Assembly: GCF_036321535.1 (NCBI RefSeq) | Contig: NC_087436.1 | Span: 116,748,001-116,812,000, forward strand | Direction: 5' to 3' | DNA from: Camelus dromedarius | Lineage: Eukaryota | Length of the DNA stretch: 64,000 nt | In this document: in pieces, positions 47,816-59,236 of the stretch | Layout: every line of letters begins with the position of its first letter | How positions within the stretch are numbered: the stretch's first letter is position 1 | Translations under genes and position numbers: made by a program | The notes under the pieces: generated by a model | The model's database searches: none | What the model was told of the DNA's origin: nothing | What the model saw: only the letters and a program-made list of their open reading frames with translations

Positions 47816-49018
47816 TTTTTGTTATTGTGGTGTATCGTGTTGATTGATTTGCAGATTGAACTGTTCTTGCATCCCTGAAGTAAATCCCACTTAATCATGG
47901 TGTATGATCCTTTTGGTGTATTGTTGTATTTGATTTGTTCATTTTTGCTGAGGACTTTTGTATCTATGTTCATCAGTGATTTTGGGCCTGTAACTTTCTT
48001 AAAAACTGTTGTCCTTGTCTGGTTTTGGTATCTGGGTGATGTTGGCCATGTAAAAGCTTCCTTTCCCATCAGTTTTTGGGAGAGTTTGAGAAGGATGGGT
48101 ATTAAATCTCCTTTGAAAGTGTGGTCGAATTCACCTGTGAAGCCATCTGGTCCTGGACCTTTGTTGTTTGAGAAGTTTTTAACTATTCTTTCAATCTCCT
48201 TACTAGGGATCAGCCTATTCAGATATTCTATTTCTTCATGATCACTCTTGGAAAATTATTAATTCTAAGAATTCATCCATTTCTTCTTAGTTATCCAATT
48301 TGTTTGCATACAGCTATTCATTGCAGTCTCTTACAATCTTTTGTATTTCTGTGGTAATCATTGTAACGTCTCCTGTTTTATTTCTTATTTTATTTATTTG
48401 AGCCTTCTCTCTTTTTTCTTAGTGAGTCAAGCTAAAGCCTTGTCCATTTTGCTTACCTTTTCAAAGAATCACATCTTAGTTTCTCTGATCTTTTCTTTTA
48501 CCATTTTAGTCTTTGTTTAATTGATTTCTGCTCTGATTTTTAGTATTTCCTTCCTTCTGCTGACTTTGAGCTTTGTTTTTTCTTCTTTTCTACTTCTATT
48601 ATGTGTAAGGTTACATTGTTTACTCAAGATTTTTCTTATTTCTTGAGGTGGGCCCACTGCTTCCCTCTCGGTACCATTTTCGCTGCATCCCATAGATTTG
48701 GTAGATCATATTTTCCTTTATATTTTTCCTCATGTATTTTTTTTAAATTTCTCCTCTGACATTTTTCATCAACCCAATAGTTGTTCAATAGCATGTATCC
48801 ATAGTGTAATTTTTCCAACTTTCTTCTTGTAGTTGTTTTCTGGTTTCATACCCCTGTGGTAGGAAAAATGCTTTATATTATTTCAGTCTTCTTAAATTCA
48901 TTCACACTAGTTCTGTTTCCCAGCATATGGCCTGTCCTTGAGAATGTTCCATGTGCACTTTAAAAGAACATGTATTCTGCTGCTTTTGAATGGAAGGAGC
49001 TAGATAGGTACATAGATG

Positions 49019-49090
<72 letters not shown>

Positions 49091-51794
49091 TTCCATTGGT
49101 AATGTTTAATTTAAAGCCAGTTTTTCCTTATCAGCTTTCTGTCTGGGTGATCTGTTCATTGAAGTAACTGGGGTGTTAAAGCCCCCAGCTATTATTGCGT
49201 TGCTGTCAACTTCTTCCTTTGGGAAGAATTCCTCCTGTTAGTAATTGCTGTTTATGTTTTGGTGCTCCTGTGTTAGGGGCATATATCTTAATACATATCA
49301 TGTCTTCTTGATGGACTGGCCCCTTTATCATTGTATGATGTCCACCTTTGTCTCTTGTTAATTTGCTGTCTTGCAGTCTGTATTAGTTACCTGTCGTCCG
49401 ACACAAGCATGGCTACACCTGCTTTCTTTTGGCTGCTATTTGCTTGAGTATCACGTTCCATCTTTTCACATTGAGTCTGTGTGTGTCTTTAGAACTAAGG
49501 TGAGTCTCCTGGGGGCTGTGTGTAACTGGGTCTTATTTTTAATAGATCTAGCCACTTTGTGTCTTTTGATTGGTGAATTCCATCCACTTACATTTAGGGT
49601 GATGATTGATATATGAGGGCTTAGTACGGCCATTTTATCCTTTTTGTCTGGTAATTTATATCTCCATTGTTTATTTTTTCTTGCGTTTCTGTCTGCCATT
49701 TTAGTTTGGTGGTTTTCTGTCATTTTTTTTCTCAGCTTCCTCTATTTTTGTTTCACGCCTTTGCTCTAGATTTTTGTTTTGTGGTTACTGTGAGGTTTGT
49801 GTCAAATGTCTGGTAGATAAAGTAGTCTTTTTTCTGCTGATAGCATCTTAACATTCATTTGTCCATACAGGTTCCATCTTTTTCTTCTCCCTCTTTTATG
49901 TTTTTGTTGTCATAAATTAGCCCTTTTTATGTTGTGACTTCATTACCAAATTAAAGTAGCTATAGTTATTGTTAATGTTTTTCCACCTCTACTTTTATGG
50001 TATAATTAAGTGTTTAACAACATATTCTGATAGAGTTGCATTGTGATATATAGAGTTGCAATTTCCTGATTCTATTTGTCTATTTATCATGTTAGTTTCA
50101 TGTACTTTCACTGTTTTGTTTCAGGTGGAGGAGCTCCTTTCAACATTTCTTGTAAGGCAGGTGTACTGGTGTAGAACTCCCTTAGGTTTTGTTTGTCTGG
50201 GAGAGCCTTTATTTCTCCTTCATACCTGAAAGATAACATTGCTGGATAGAGTATTCTTGGCTGACAGTTTTTATCTTTCACTATTTTGAGTATGTCATTC
50301 CGCTCTTTCCTGGCCCGTAGCGTTTCTGCTGAGAAAGCTGCTGACAGCCTAATGGGAGTACCTTTGTAGGTTACTGTCTTTTTTTCTCTGACTGCCTTTA
50401 AATTTCTCTTTACCACTGACTTTTGACAGTTTTACTACAATGTGTCTTGGAGAAGGTCTTTCTGCGTTAAGATAATTAGGTGCTCTACTAGCTTCATGGA
50501 CCTGTGTATTCAGTCCCTTCCCCCAGATTTGGGAAGTTCTCAGCTATTATTTATTTAAGTAAGCTCTCAACTCCCTTCTGCCTCTCTTCTTCTGGAATAC
50601 CCACCATTCTTATGTTGCTTTTTCTAGTAGAATCAGATAGATCTCACAGAGTTTCTTCACTTTTTAAAAAATCTCAGTTTTCTCTCCTCTTTTAACTAAA
50701 TCATTTTTAAACTTCTATCTTTGAGCTCACGAATTTCATGTGGTCTCCTCTATTTCCAGTGCTTTCTATGCAGTCTTTAACTCATTTATTGAGTTCTTCA
50801 GCTCCAGAATTTCTGTTTAGTTTTCTTTTTTTTAGAGTTTCAGTCTCTTTGGTAAAGTTTTCCTTCTGTTCATTGGTTTTATCCCTGAGTTCACTGAGTT
50901 GCTTTCTGAGTTTTCTTGTAGCTCATTGAGTTTCTTCATGACAACTATTTTGAATTCTCTATCTGTTAGGTCTCACTCAGCTGTGACTTTCAGCTTTGTT
51001 TCTGGATAATTGTCATATTCTTTTTCTATTTTGTGTTACCATGGTTTTTCATGGTGCTTGATGAGTTGTTCCTCTACTGGTGCATTTGAAGTAGTAAGCA
51101 CCTTCCTTGTTTAGGTAAATCTGTATTTACTTAGACTCTAACAGTTCCACAGATTGGTAATCAGAGGCCTTTTTGTTTTTCAATAGTTGCCACTGTAGCA
51201 CAAGTTTTTGTTCCTTCTTACCTGAACTGCCTCTGGGTATATTCGAGAACTGGCACTTTCCACCATCCACTGCCTCTACCAGTGTTGTCACTGGGGCCTT
51301 ACTGCTGCCAGCGTCACTGCCACCACTTGCATCTTTGTATCCAGGGTCTCTTGGGTCACGGGCACCGCCTCCCTAGCAAGGGGTGGGGAGCCGTGGTCTC
51401 AGGCACGGCCGCCCTGGGCAGGGGGTGCACGTGCCACAGGTGCCGCTGCGGCTGGGGGACTAGGGCTGCGGGCCCTGCTGCTGCTGTTCAGCTCCGTGTG
51501 TCCGCAGGTGCCACTGTGGCCGGAAAACCAGTCCTGTGCGCTGCTTCTGCTGCCGCCACTGGGTTTTTTGGGGTGGCAGGTGCAGTCACCATGGCCAGGT
51601 GGGCCCCACCTCTACTGTCCTGCCCCCTCTGTGTGTTCCAATCTGCTCACCTTTAGTTGTACAAACATGTAGATCTCTCTGGGGTTCTGGTCTGTCGGGC
51701 AAAGGAAACTTTGCTGAGCCATGGATGTTTTACTAGTTGTATATTGAAGGGGAAATTCAAGTGTCCCACACCACTGTGATGCTGACATCATTCT
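47816..51794 (-). mobile_element. About 4-kb decayed L1, antisense to CLNK: 5'UTR, ORF1 and ORF2 endonuclease to start of RT; 3' half missing
   Basis: ORF 50108-50416 (TYKGTPIRLSAAFSAETLRARKERNDI...QPRILYPAMLSF...EGEIK...LQEMLKG) is the ORF1p C-terminus. ORF 49466-49723 (HISIITLNVSGWNSPIKRH) is the ORF2 endonuclease start. ORF 47701-48069 (KSLMNIDTKVL) is the RT N-terminus. GC-rich 5'UTR about 51250-51794. Multiple stops and frameshifts. Confidence 0.93.
49019..49090. repeat. Perfect (GATA)18 microsatellite inside the L1
   Basis: 72 bp uninterrupted GATA; likely length-polymorphic marker. Confidence 0.97.
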
Positions 51795-51963
51795 GGGGTC
51801 ATTGTTCACATTCTACCTACCACAAGGATTTAACCGCCCCAGACCCCAGACCCTTAAATCTTTAACTCCTGGCTGAGAGAGTTTGTATCACTCCCTTAGC
51901 CATCACTGTAATCTTTGTCATTATTGTACCTTCCCTTGACTCACTCAAATGTCCCCTCCTTAG

Positions 51964-52105
51964 GAAAGGAACTTTGCTGCAGCCCTGGATGGAGCAAAAG
52001 GCCACACGGATGACGACTATGAAGACCCCGAGCTTCGTGTGGCAGAGGCGTGGCAATCAATGAAAATTTTACCAGCCAGGCCCATAAAGGAATCTGAATA
52101 TGCAG
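51964..52105 (+). CDS. CLNK: CLNK coding exon (inferred exon 6), 142 nt, phase 0-1: ERNFAAALDGAKGHTDDDYEDPELRVAEAWQSMKILPARPIKESEYA(D)
   Basis: Acceptor gtcccctccttAG, donor CAG|gtaaca. Contains the acidic tyrosine motifs DDDYEDP (TAT 52018-52020) and ESEYAD (TAT 52099-52101) typical of SLP-76-family adaptors. Confidence 0.97.
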
Positions 52106-52169
52106 GTAACATCTGGGGCCTGAAATCTGAAAATGCACATCCACGCTGTGATTCTGTGCAGTACCTAAG

Positions 52170-52390
52170 GGTGCAGATTCCGAATTAAACAGCTCAGGGT
52201 TAAAATCCTGCCTCCATAGCTTATTAGCTGTGTAACCTTGAGCTGGCATCTAAGAATAATGTCCTTTATCTCAAAATAGGGTTCATAATAACAGAACTTA
52301 CCCCCGCAGAGTTCTTTTGAAGATTACATGTAGGACGCATGTTGAGTTTGCACCGGAGGACTTGGCACCAAGTCAGGGCTCTGTAACTAC
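52170..52390 (+). mobile_element. MIR-like SINE just downstream of exon 6
   Basis: gggttaaaatcctgcctcc...cttattagctgtgtaaccttgagc...aaaatagggttcataataacagaacttacc...gaagatta...cttggcac. Confidence 0.65.
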
Positions 52391-53328
52391 TGGCTGTTAC
52401 TATCGTGATGCTCCTCTTGAGTCCTAGAAATGACTGATGAGCATGGCAGAAGATGGGTAGTCAGGGGTGGGGGCAACGTCCCCGTTAAGATGGGGTTTGC
52501 ATAGAGGAGAGGAGAAGGAAAGGGAAGACCTTTGAATATGGCTGATTCGTTTTGCCAGTGGCCAGCATATGAGCAGCAGTAAGGCATGGCAGCAAAGCCA
52601 GACTTTTCAAGAGAAGGGAGACCTTATCACACACCCACCTTTGCCTCTTTCTAACTGGGGTGCCGTAGGCTTCCGCAGGCTCTCTGAACCTTAGTAAAGC
52701 ACACCACTGTAAAGGAAAAGAGGAAGCATTTGTGATTTCTGAGTGCCTGACCTACTGAAATGAATCTATAGAAGTTCTTTGGGGAGAGTTACCTTGTAAA
52801 TAATAATGATATTCCTTTGTTCATTGACTCACAAGCATTTACTGAGTATCTACTGTGTGCCAGTTATCATGTTAGGATTGATCAAGTGACACAAAGATAA
52901 ACAAAGCATAATCCACGTTCTCAGGCAGGTCACAGTCTAGTGGCAGAAACAAGCATAAACAGATAACTGTGACACAATATGTTAAGGGTATAATATAGAA
53001 AGGGGAGCCCGGGTGGTGTGCAGGTGGGTGGGACCAGGATGATTTTCAAAGGGCATGACACAGCCCATGCCTTGAAGGATGAGTAGATTTCCCCAAGTGA
53101 TAAGAGAATGAAGAATGTTCAGGTCCAGACTTTGGCTTTGACGCCCATGGACCCAAAGGAGTGATGTCTCCTCTTTGAGCCTCAGTCTCTTCCTCTCTTA
53201 CGTGGAAGTAGAATTCCTTGCCTCATACCTACATTGTGATGATTCAGTGAATTTGTAGTTCTGTGAGTATTTTGTAAATCGTGAGTCCATGTAACGTATG
53301 ACTTTAAATTCTTTTTCTCTTCTCACAG

Positions 53329-53435
53329 ACACACGCTTTTTCAAGGATGTGATGGACACGCCCCTTTCCTTAGATGCCAAGACCTCTATCCCCACAGACG
53401 GGCAAACCTGGAACAAGTGGATGAGGCTGGAAGAA
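53329..53435 (+). CDS. CLNK: CLNK coding exon (inferred exon 7), 107 nt, phase 1-0: (D)TRFFKDVMDTPLSLDAKTSIPTDGQTWNKWMRLEE
   Basis: Acceptor ctttttctcttctcacAG, donor GAA|gtgagt. Aligns to recalled human DTHYFKVAMDTPLPLDTRTSISIGQPTWNTQTRLER; visible inside ORF 53298-53513. Confidence 0.96.
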
Positions 53436-53783
53436 GTGAGTAACCGAACAGGTGTAGGGCACTTCCTGGCACCCAGGAGTTTCCCATCTGTCCTTCCCGA
53501 GGCGTACTGTTAGGTGATGAGCAGGTCAAGCTCAGTGAGGTGCAGGGGGTCACTGGTGGCATCATGGTCCTGTAGAATGAGCCCCTAGATGGAAGGAAAA
53601 CTAATATTTGTTGAAGACTTTCTGTGAGCCAGGCACCAGGCTAAGGAGTTTCACCTGCATCTCATCTAATGCTCATCTTGTTTTCCAGAAGCAGAGTTTA
53701 GACTCTAATCTTTTGAATAATAACATATCATTTTGCCCAGATTTTAGGACCAATGATTCCAACTACTTGTGTGGTGATTCATA

Positions 53784-54327
53784 TAGTCAGCCCTCCATAT
53801 CTGCCAGTTCCCCATCTGCAGATTCAACCACACAAGAATTTGGAAAAAAAAAACATTTCCAGAAATTTCGAAAACGCAAAACTTGAATTTTCTGTATGCC
53901 AGCAACTATTTAGTATTTACAACTATTTACATAGCATTTACATTGTATTAGGTGTTATAAGTAATCTAGAGATGATTCAAAGTGCAGCTGGCCCTTGAAC
54001 AACCCCAGGGTTCGGGGCCCGACCCTCTGGGCAGCTGAAAATCTGCACACAACTTTACATCACCCCTCCACATGTGCCGTTCCATGTCCATAGATTCAAT
54101 CAACTGAGGATTGTGTAGTACCATCATATGTACTTAGTGAAAAAAAATCTCGTTATAAATGGACCCACCCAGTTCAAACCCGTGTTGTTGAATGGTCAAC
54201 TGCATACAGGAGGACATGTGTAGGTTATTTGCAAATACTATGTCATTTCATATAAAAGACTTGAGCATCCATGGATGTTGGTATTCATAAGATTTTGGTA
54301 TCCCCTACCGATACCAAGGGACAACTG
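53784..54327 (-). mobile_element. MER2B-like Tigger MITE, interrupted by a second MITE
   Basis: agtcagccctccatatctg...catagcatttacattgtattaggtgttataagtaatctagagatgatt...gacttgagcatccatggat...gataccaagggacaactg. Confidence 0.85.
53985..54202. mobile_element. MER8/Tigger2-like MITE nested in MER2B
   Basis: TIRs cagctggcccttgaacaac and gttgttgaatggtcaactg; internal tggacccacccagttcaaacccgtgttgtt. Confidence 0.8.
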
Positions 54328-55240
54328 TAAGTCACACAACCTCTCTGAGCCTCTTTGTAAACCCATATACAAAACACAAATAAAAGTCCCTGCCATGCCT
54401 ACTTGAAAAAGCTGTTTGGAGACCACAAAAGATAATCTTATAAAGCTATCTTGTAAATGAAAATGCTCTAAACAGATACAGGATTTTGTTTTTAATAACA
54501 CTTTTGCTAATAGTTAATTTTCTTAATGCAGAAATGCATAAAATGCAAATTAATCACCCCTGGGGTGGCAGGATTATCAGTTGGTGCATTTCATATTGAT
54601 GTTTTCTGTGCAGATACACTTCACGGAAGGGAGTCCTTTCTTTTAACATTACGTTCTGGTCATAAAACTATTTCCCATATGATAAGCAAGCATTAATAAG
54701 CATGATCTTCATAGATATAGCTTTCCCCATTGTAAGATTTTTAATTTTTTTATGTAACAATTTAGTGAAAACATTTGAAAGGCTTTGGGTACATGCAGTA
54801 AAATTTCTTTCTGAAAAATCATTTCAATTTACCCTCCTGGAAGCCCTACATTGGAATTTCCACCTCACAGAATTCTCACCGAAACTGGCTATTACTTTTT
54901 TAATCATAATTTTTTTAAAAAGGGATTTCACTGTTCTTGTTTTAAAACTTGTATCACATTTATTAGTGAGTGTGAACATGCTTTTGAATATTTATAGCAC
55001 ATTCTTCCTTGTGCATTAGCTGTTCACATTGTTTACCTATTTAACCCCAGGGCTTCTGTTAAATATTGACAAGAAGAGAAAAACAACAATTTTTACCAAG
55101 CAATGCCATTCACACAGAACACAGCCGATAGAGATTGGGAGACCAAGATGAGGCATGAAATATTGAACATTTCCTCATAGACACCCAGCTAAACACTTTA
55201 ACCATTCAGTCAACAAATTCATTCAAGAAATACGAGTTGG

Positions 55241-55433
55241 ACTATATATATAAATAGATTTGAAAAAAGAAATATCTTCTGTATAGCACAGGGAACTATC
55301 TTCAATATCTTGTAATAATCTTTAATGAAAAAGAATATGAAAATGAATATATGTATGTATATGCATGACTGGGACACTGTGCTGTACACCAGAAACTGAC
55401 ACCTTGTAACTGACTGCACTTCAATTAAAAAAA
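55241..55433 (+). mobile_element. L1 3' end (camelid type)
   Basis: ctgtatagcacagggaactat...tttaatgaaaaagaatatgaaaatgaatatatgtatgtatatgcatgactgggacac...cttcaattaaaaaaa. Confidence 0.9.
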
Positions 55434-55786
55434 GAGAGAGAGTCCTTACAGGAGCCAGTTCCCATGTCGACTCTGTAGGCTGGTTACAACTGTCTTAAAC
55501 CACCAAACCATTACCCAGCTTGTCATTTATTGGGCACTTGTTATATACAAAGTATTCTGCTCAACCATGAGGATAAAGACTGAGCCAGGGCCCACAGTCT
55601 AACAGAGGAGGTGGTGGCCTGAATTGGCAGTTTCAATGATGTCAGACAAGATGCTAAGACAAAGGTAACACAAGTTACAGAGAGCAGAGAGCTGTGTCTC
55701 TGAGCCTAGACAGAGACTTTTGAGAAGTCTTCTGGAAGAAGCAATACAAAGCAGTCTTTGACACCAATAACACATTGCTTTATAAT

Positions 55787-55999
55787 CAGTGGCTCTCATC
55801 CAGGACCATTTTGCCCCCGAGCATTCATTTGGCAATGCCTGGAGACATTTTTGGTCAGGACTGGGGGAGTGCTACTGACATCTACTGGGTGGAGGGCAGG
55901 GATGCCACTAGGAATACTGCAAAAGCACAGGGCAGCCCCCACAACAGCAAAGGATTATACAGCCCCAACTCTCAACGGTGCTAAGATTGAAAAACTTGC
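55787..55999 (+). mobile_element. MER20-like hAT-Charlie MITE
   Basis: cagtggctctca...attttgccccc...atttggcaatgcctggagacatttttggt...tgctactgacatcta...gcacagggcagcccccacaac...gtgctaagattgaaaaac. Confidence 0.85.
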
Positions 56000-56826
56000 C
56001 TTTTAATTGAACCTGTATTACAGTATGTTGTGAACTCAGACCTGCATGCATGTTGGATTCTCCCTTTAGCATCCAAGCACTTATTCCTCTTTGGTCCCTC
56101 ATAATCTAGCATTGATGCAGGTATACAGTAGGCACTAATAAATATATGTTTGATAGAGGGAGAGAGTAGCCCTTGGGAGGGGCGGGAAATATTCCTAGGC
56201 TGGGGATCCTATACTCATGCCATCAGAGGGCACCTCCCTCTGGGGAAGAGGCACTGCAAAGAAACTCTCATGCAAAAGATCCAAATGGGGCTAATACCCA
56301 AAGACACAAAATGGAATTTGGCCACCAAAGGGGAAAAAAGCAAGAACACTAAGGAAGTCCTGCCCTGACACCCTCATCATGCAGGGTCCTCCAGAGACAG
56401 AGACAATCAAGAACCTCTCCTTTTCCAGGCCAGCAATGGGAGCTGGGCAAGGGCATTGAGAGAGGCTGCCTCTGTGGGGCAGGTGCACAAGGAAGCTGAA
56501 AGGTGAGGATGCAACAGAAACTGTAAAAACCCTCCAGCACACCAGCCTCTACAGGGTCACCCTGGAGGAACTGGAAGCTGATGGTGTGATGAAGAAAGCC
56601 AGAGCAACAACAAAATCCAAGAGTGGACTCAACTCTTGACTAGATTGACCCGCAGAAGAGCCACGCCCTTTCCAGGCATAAATACAGTGGTTCAGTATTC
56701 CACAGAGGAAAAGAAGTGGACGTTGAACATCAGGGCATAAGCGTTAACAAGGGGTTTAGTGGCCCTTCCTCTCCACCCACCTAGGCCAGCTCAACTTGGT
56801 GCCAATAAAGAGCAGCACAAAGACTC

Positions 56827-57391
56827 TGCATTAGTCAGGGCTCTCTAAAAACAGAGGTGATGACAGACAGATGGATGGATGGGTAGATAGATAGATAGAC
56901 AGACAGACAGATAGATAGATAAGATAGATATGATGGAGACATATAGAGATATGTGAAGATAGACATATATAGATATACATATAAATAGTGATCATCTCCA
57001 TCTCAGTCCCATCATCAGCCATCTGAAAGCTGGAGACCCAGGAAAGGCAACCGTGTGAGTTCCAGCCTGATTCCAGAGGCCTGAGAACCAAGAGAACCAG
57101 TGATGTAAATGTCAGTCCATCGAAGGCAGGATAAGACCAACATTCCTGGTCAACAGTCAGGCAGAGAGATCAGATCTCCTCTTCTCTGCCTTTTGATTCT
57201 ATTCAGACCCTCAATGGACTGAGTGGTGCCCACTCACACTGGGGAGGGCAATACGCTTTGCTCAGTCTGTTCCTTCAAATTCTCATCTCAGCTAGAATCA
57301 CTTTCACACACACACACCCAGAAATAATGTTGAACCAAATAGCTGGACACCCTGTGACCTTGTCAGTCTGACACATAAAATTAACCATCAT
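56827..57391 (-). mobile_element. ERVL LTR (MLT2B/C-like) with internal GATA/GACA repeat
   Basis: tgcattagtcagggctctc...aagctggagacccaggaaag...aggcctgagaacca...gtgcccactcacactggggagggcaat...gacacataaaattaaccatca. Confidence 0.85.
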
Positions 57392-57946
57392 GGACCCCAA
57401 GACTGACCTAGGCGTAAAGGCTTTCAAAGGCATAGAGCATCATTACAACGTCTCCATCATCTTCTTCACCCTCATGTGGAACGATCAAACAGCCCACCCT
57501 TAATAGTCCAGCAGTGCCTTTAATACAATAAGTAATGACAGGGGATGGTTATTCAGCTTGCACAGTGTCATTTCCTGTTCCAGGCACACTGCGTGTCTTA
57601 CTGCGTGTGTCACCTCCCGCCCTCATGAGGTCTCAGTACTTTTGTTCCCTGCATTTCACAGATGAGGAGACAGAGGCTCAGAAGGTTAAGTGACCACGTT
57701 CTCATAGCTGGAATGTGGTGGAGGTGCAGTCCCCACACGGGCATCCCACGAGGCCACACTCTGATCTGCCTGCTTGTTCGCTTTATGCCCTTGATCATAT
57801 ATGTTGATCTTCACAATAAGTCAAAGCGATGAATTGACTAAGTATTTTCCCTGTTAAAAAGATGAAAAGTGTAAGGCTCACAATACAGTAAATGCCTTTC
57901 CAAAGTTTCACAGCAATAAGAAGCAGGAGTGGATCTCAAACCAAAT

Positions 57947-58131
57947 TTTTTTAACATTTTTTATTGATTTATAATCATTTTACAATGTTGTGTCAAATTC
58001 CAGTGTAGAGCACAATTTTTCAGTTATACATGAACATATGTATATTCATTGTCACATTTTTTTTCTCTGTGAGCTACCAGAAGATCTTGTGTATATTTCC
58101 CTGTGCTATACAGTATAATCTTGTTTATCTA
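57947..58131 (-). mobile_element. Young L1 3' end with 11-bp TSD
   Basis: ttttaacattttttattgatttataatcattttacaatgttgtgtcaaattccagtg...; TSD tcaaaccaaat at 57936-57946 and 58132-58142. Confidence 0.92.
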
Positions 58132-58354
58132 TCAAACCAAATATTTTTATGCCACATTCCACCTGAACACTCATCACTGGCCCAGCGGTACATGGATTTA
58201 CACAAATTAACACATGTTTTCTGAGGGCAATCTCTAAGAATGATGAGCCCAGGGACTCAGGCCTTTATCCTTGGGACTCTAACTGTACTGAGTGGGGTCA
58301 CGAGATGGTATAGTCCCGATTTAAGAGGTAATGCTGCCATATTGTCTTCTGCAG

Positions 58355-58400
58355 GCAGAACAACCCATCTCCAAGGACATCAGAAGCCAGCACGCCAAAG
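58355..58400 (+). CDS. CLNK: CLNK coding exon (inferred exon 8), 46 nt, phase 0-1: AEQPISKDIRSQHAK(G)
   Basis: Acceptor attgtcttctgcAG, donor AAG|gtaaag. Aligns to recalled human VDKPISKDVRSQNIKG. Confidence 0.94.
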
Positions 58401-58726
58401 GTAAAGTCAAACCACAAAGTCTGCAGTATCAGTGTATTCGTATATTCCAAGATCCTCTTGCCTTTTTGCTTGTGGTCACAAATTTTCTTCAAGGTTATTA
58501 ATTGAATTAACCTTCATGAAACAACTAATGTTAGAAAGACTCTCTCACATCTGATGCCCTTTTATCACCTTACCTGACTGATGGAGAAGTTGAGTGTGAA
58601 AAGTCATATTCCATATTGTGCAATTCTGGGAAAGTGTTTTGAAACATACCGGTTGCATCAAATATAAAACTAAGTTACTTCTGTAAACATACCCCTGGTA
58701 AAATTGCAAGACAGAAATTTAATTTT

Positions 58727-58878
58727 TTTTAACATTTTTTATTGATTTATAATCATTTTACAATGTTGTTTCAAATTCCAGTGTTCAGCACAATTTTTCA
58801 GTTATTCATGGACATATACACACTCATTGTCACATTTTTTTCTCTGTGAGTTATCATAACATTTTGTGTATATTTCCC
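58727..58878 (-). mobile_element. Young L1 3' end with 13-bp TSD
   Basis: Closely similar tail to 57947-58131; TSD gaaatttaatttt at 58714-58726 and 58879-58891. Confidence 0.92.
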
Positions 58879-59236
58879 GAAATTTAATTTTAAAATGCTG
58901 ATTAATTAATATGAAAATAGATTTTTAAAGCTTAAGGCAAAGCAACTCAATTTGGAGATGAAGAGACAGGTAAGAAGCTGAAAGGAAATAATCGATTTCA
59001 GTAGCGCTGGAAGCACACGTGGAGGAGAGACAAAGAAATTTAATTGGATTGTACACATTATAGCTTCTCTCATCACGTTCCCCCAGTGCCCCATCTCCTC
59101 TACAGTGTCCAGTTAGAAAAGATGACAGTCCCATGACTTACATTTCCCAATAACTGAAATATACCGAATTCATCATCTGTGTCTGATGCTGTATTCTACA
59201 ACGTATCAGTAATGTCACGTTTTCTTTAATGGAAAG

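Noticed and set aside
48902..49096. ORF with repeated YLSI (similarly IYLF at 45908-46279 and CV at 17755-17955)
   Set aside because: Translations of GATA, AAAT and CA microsatellites.
50108..50416. ORF with clear protein homology
   Set aside because: L1 ORF1p remnant within a decayed element; not a host gene and not retrotransposition-competent.
58351..58358. Tandem acceptor gcAG/gcAG at exon 8
   Set aside because: The second AG is 4 nt downstream and would shift the frame; homology supports the first.
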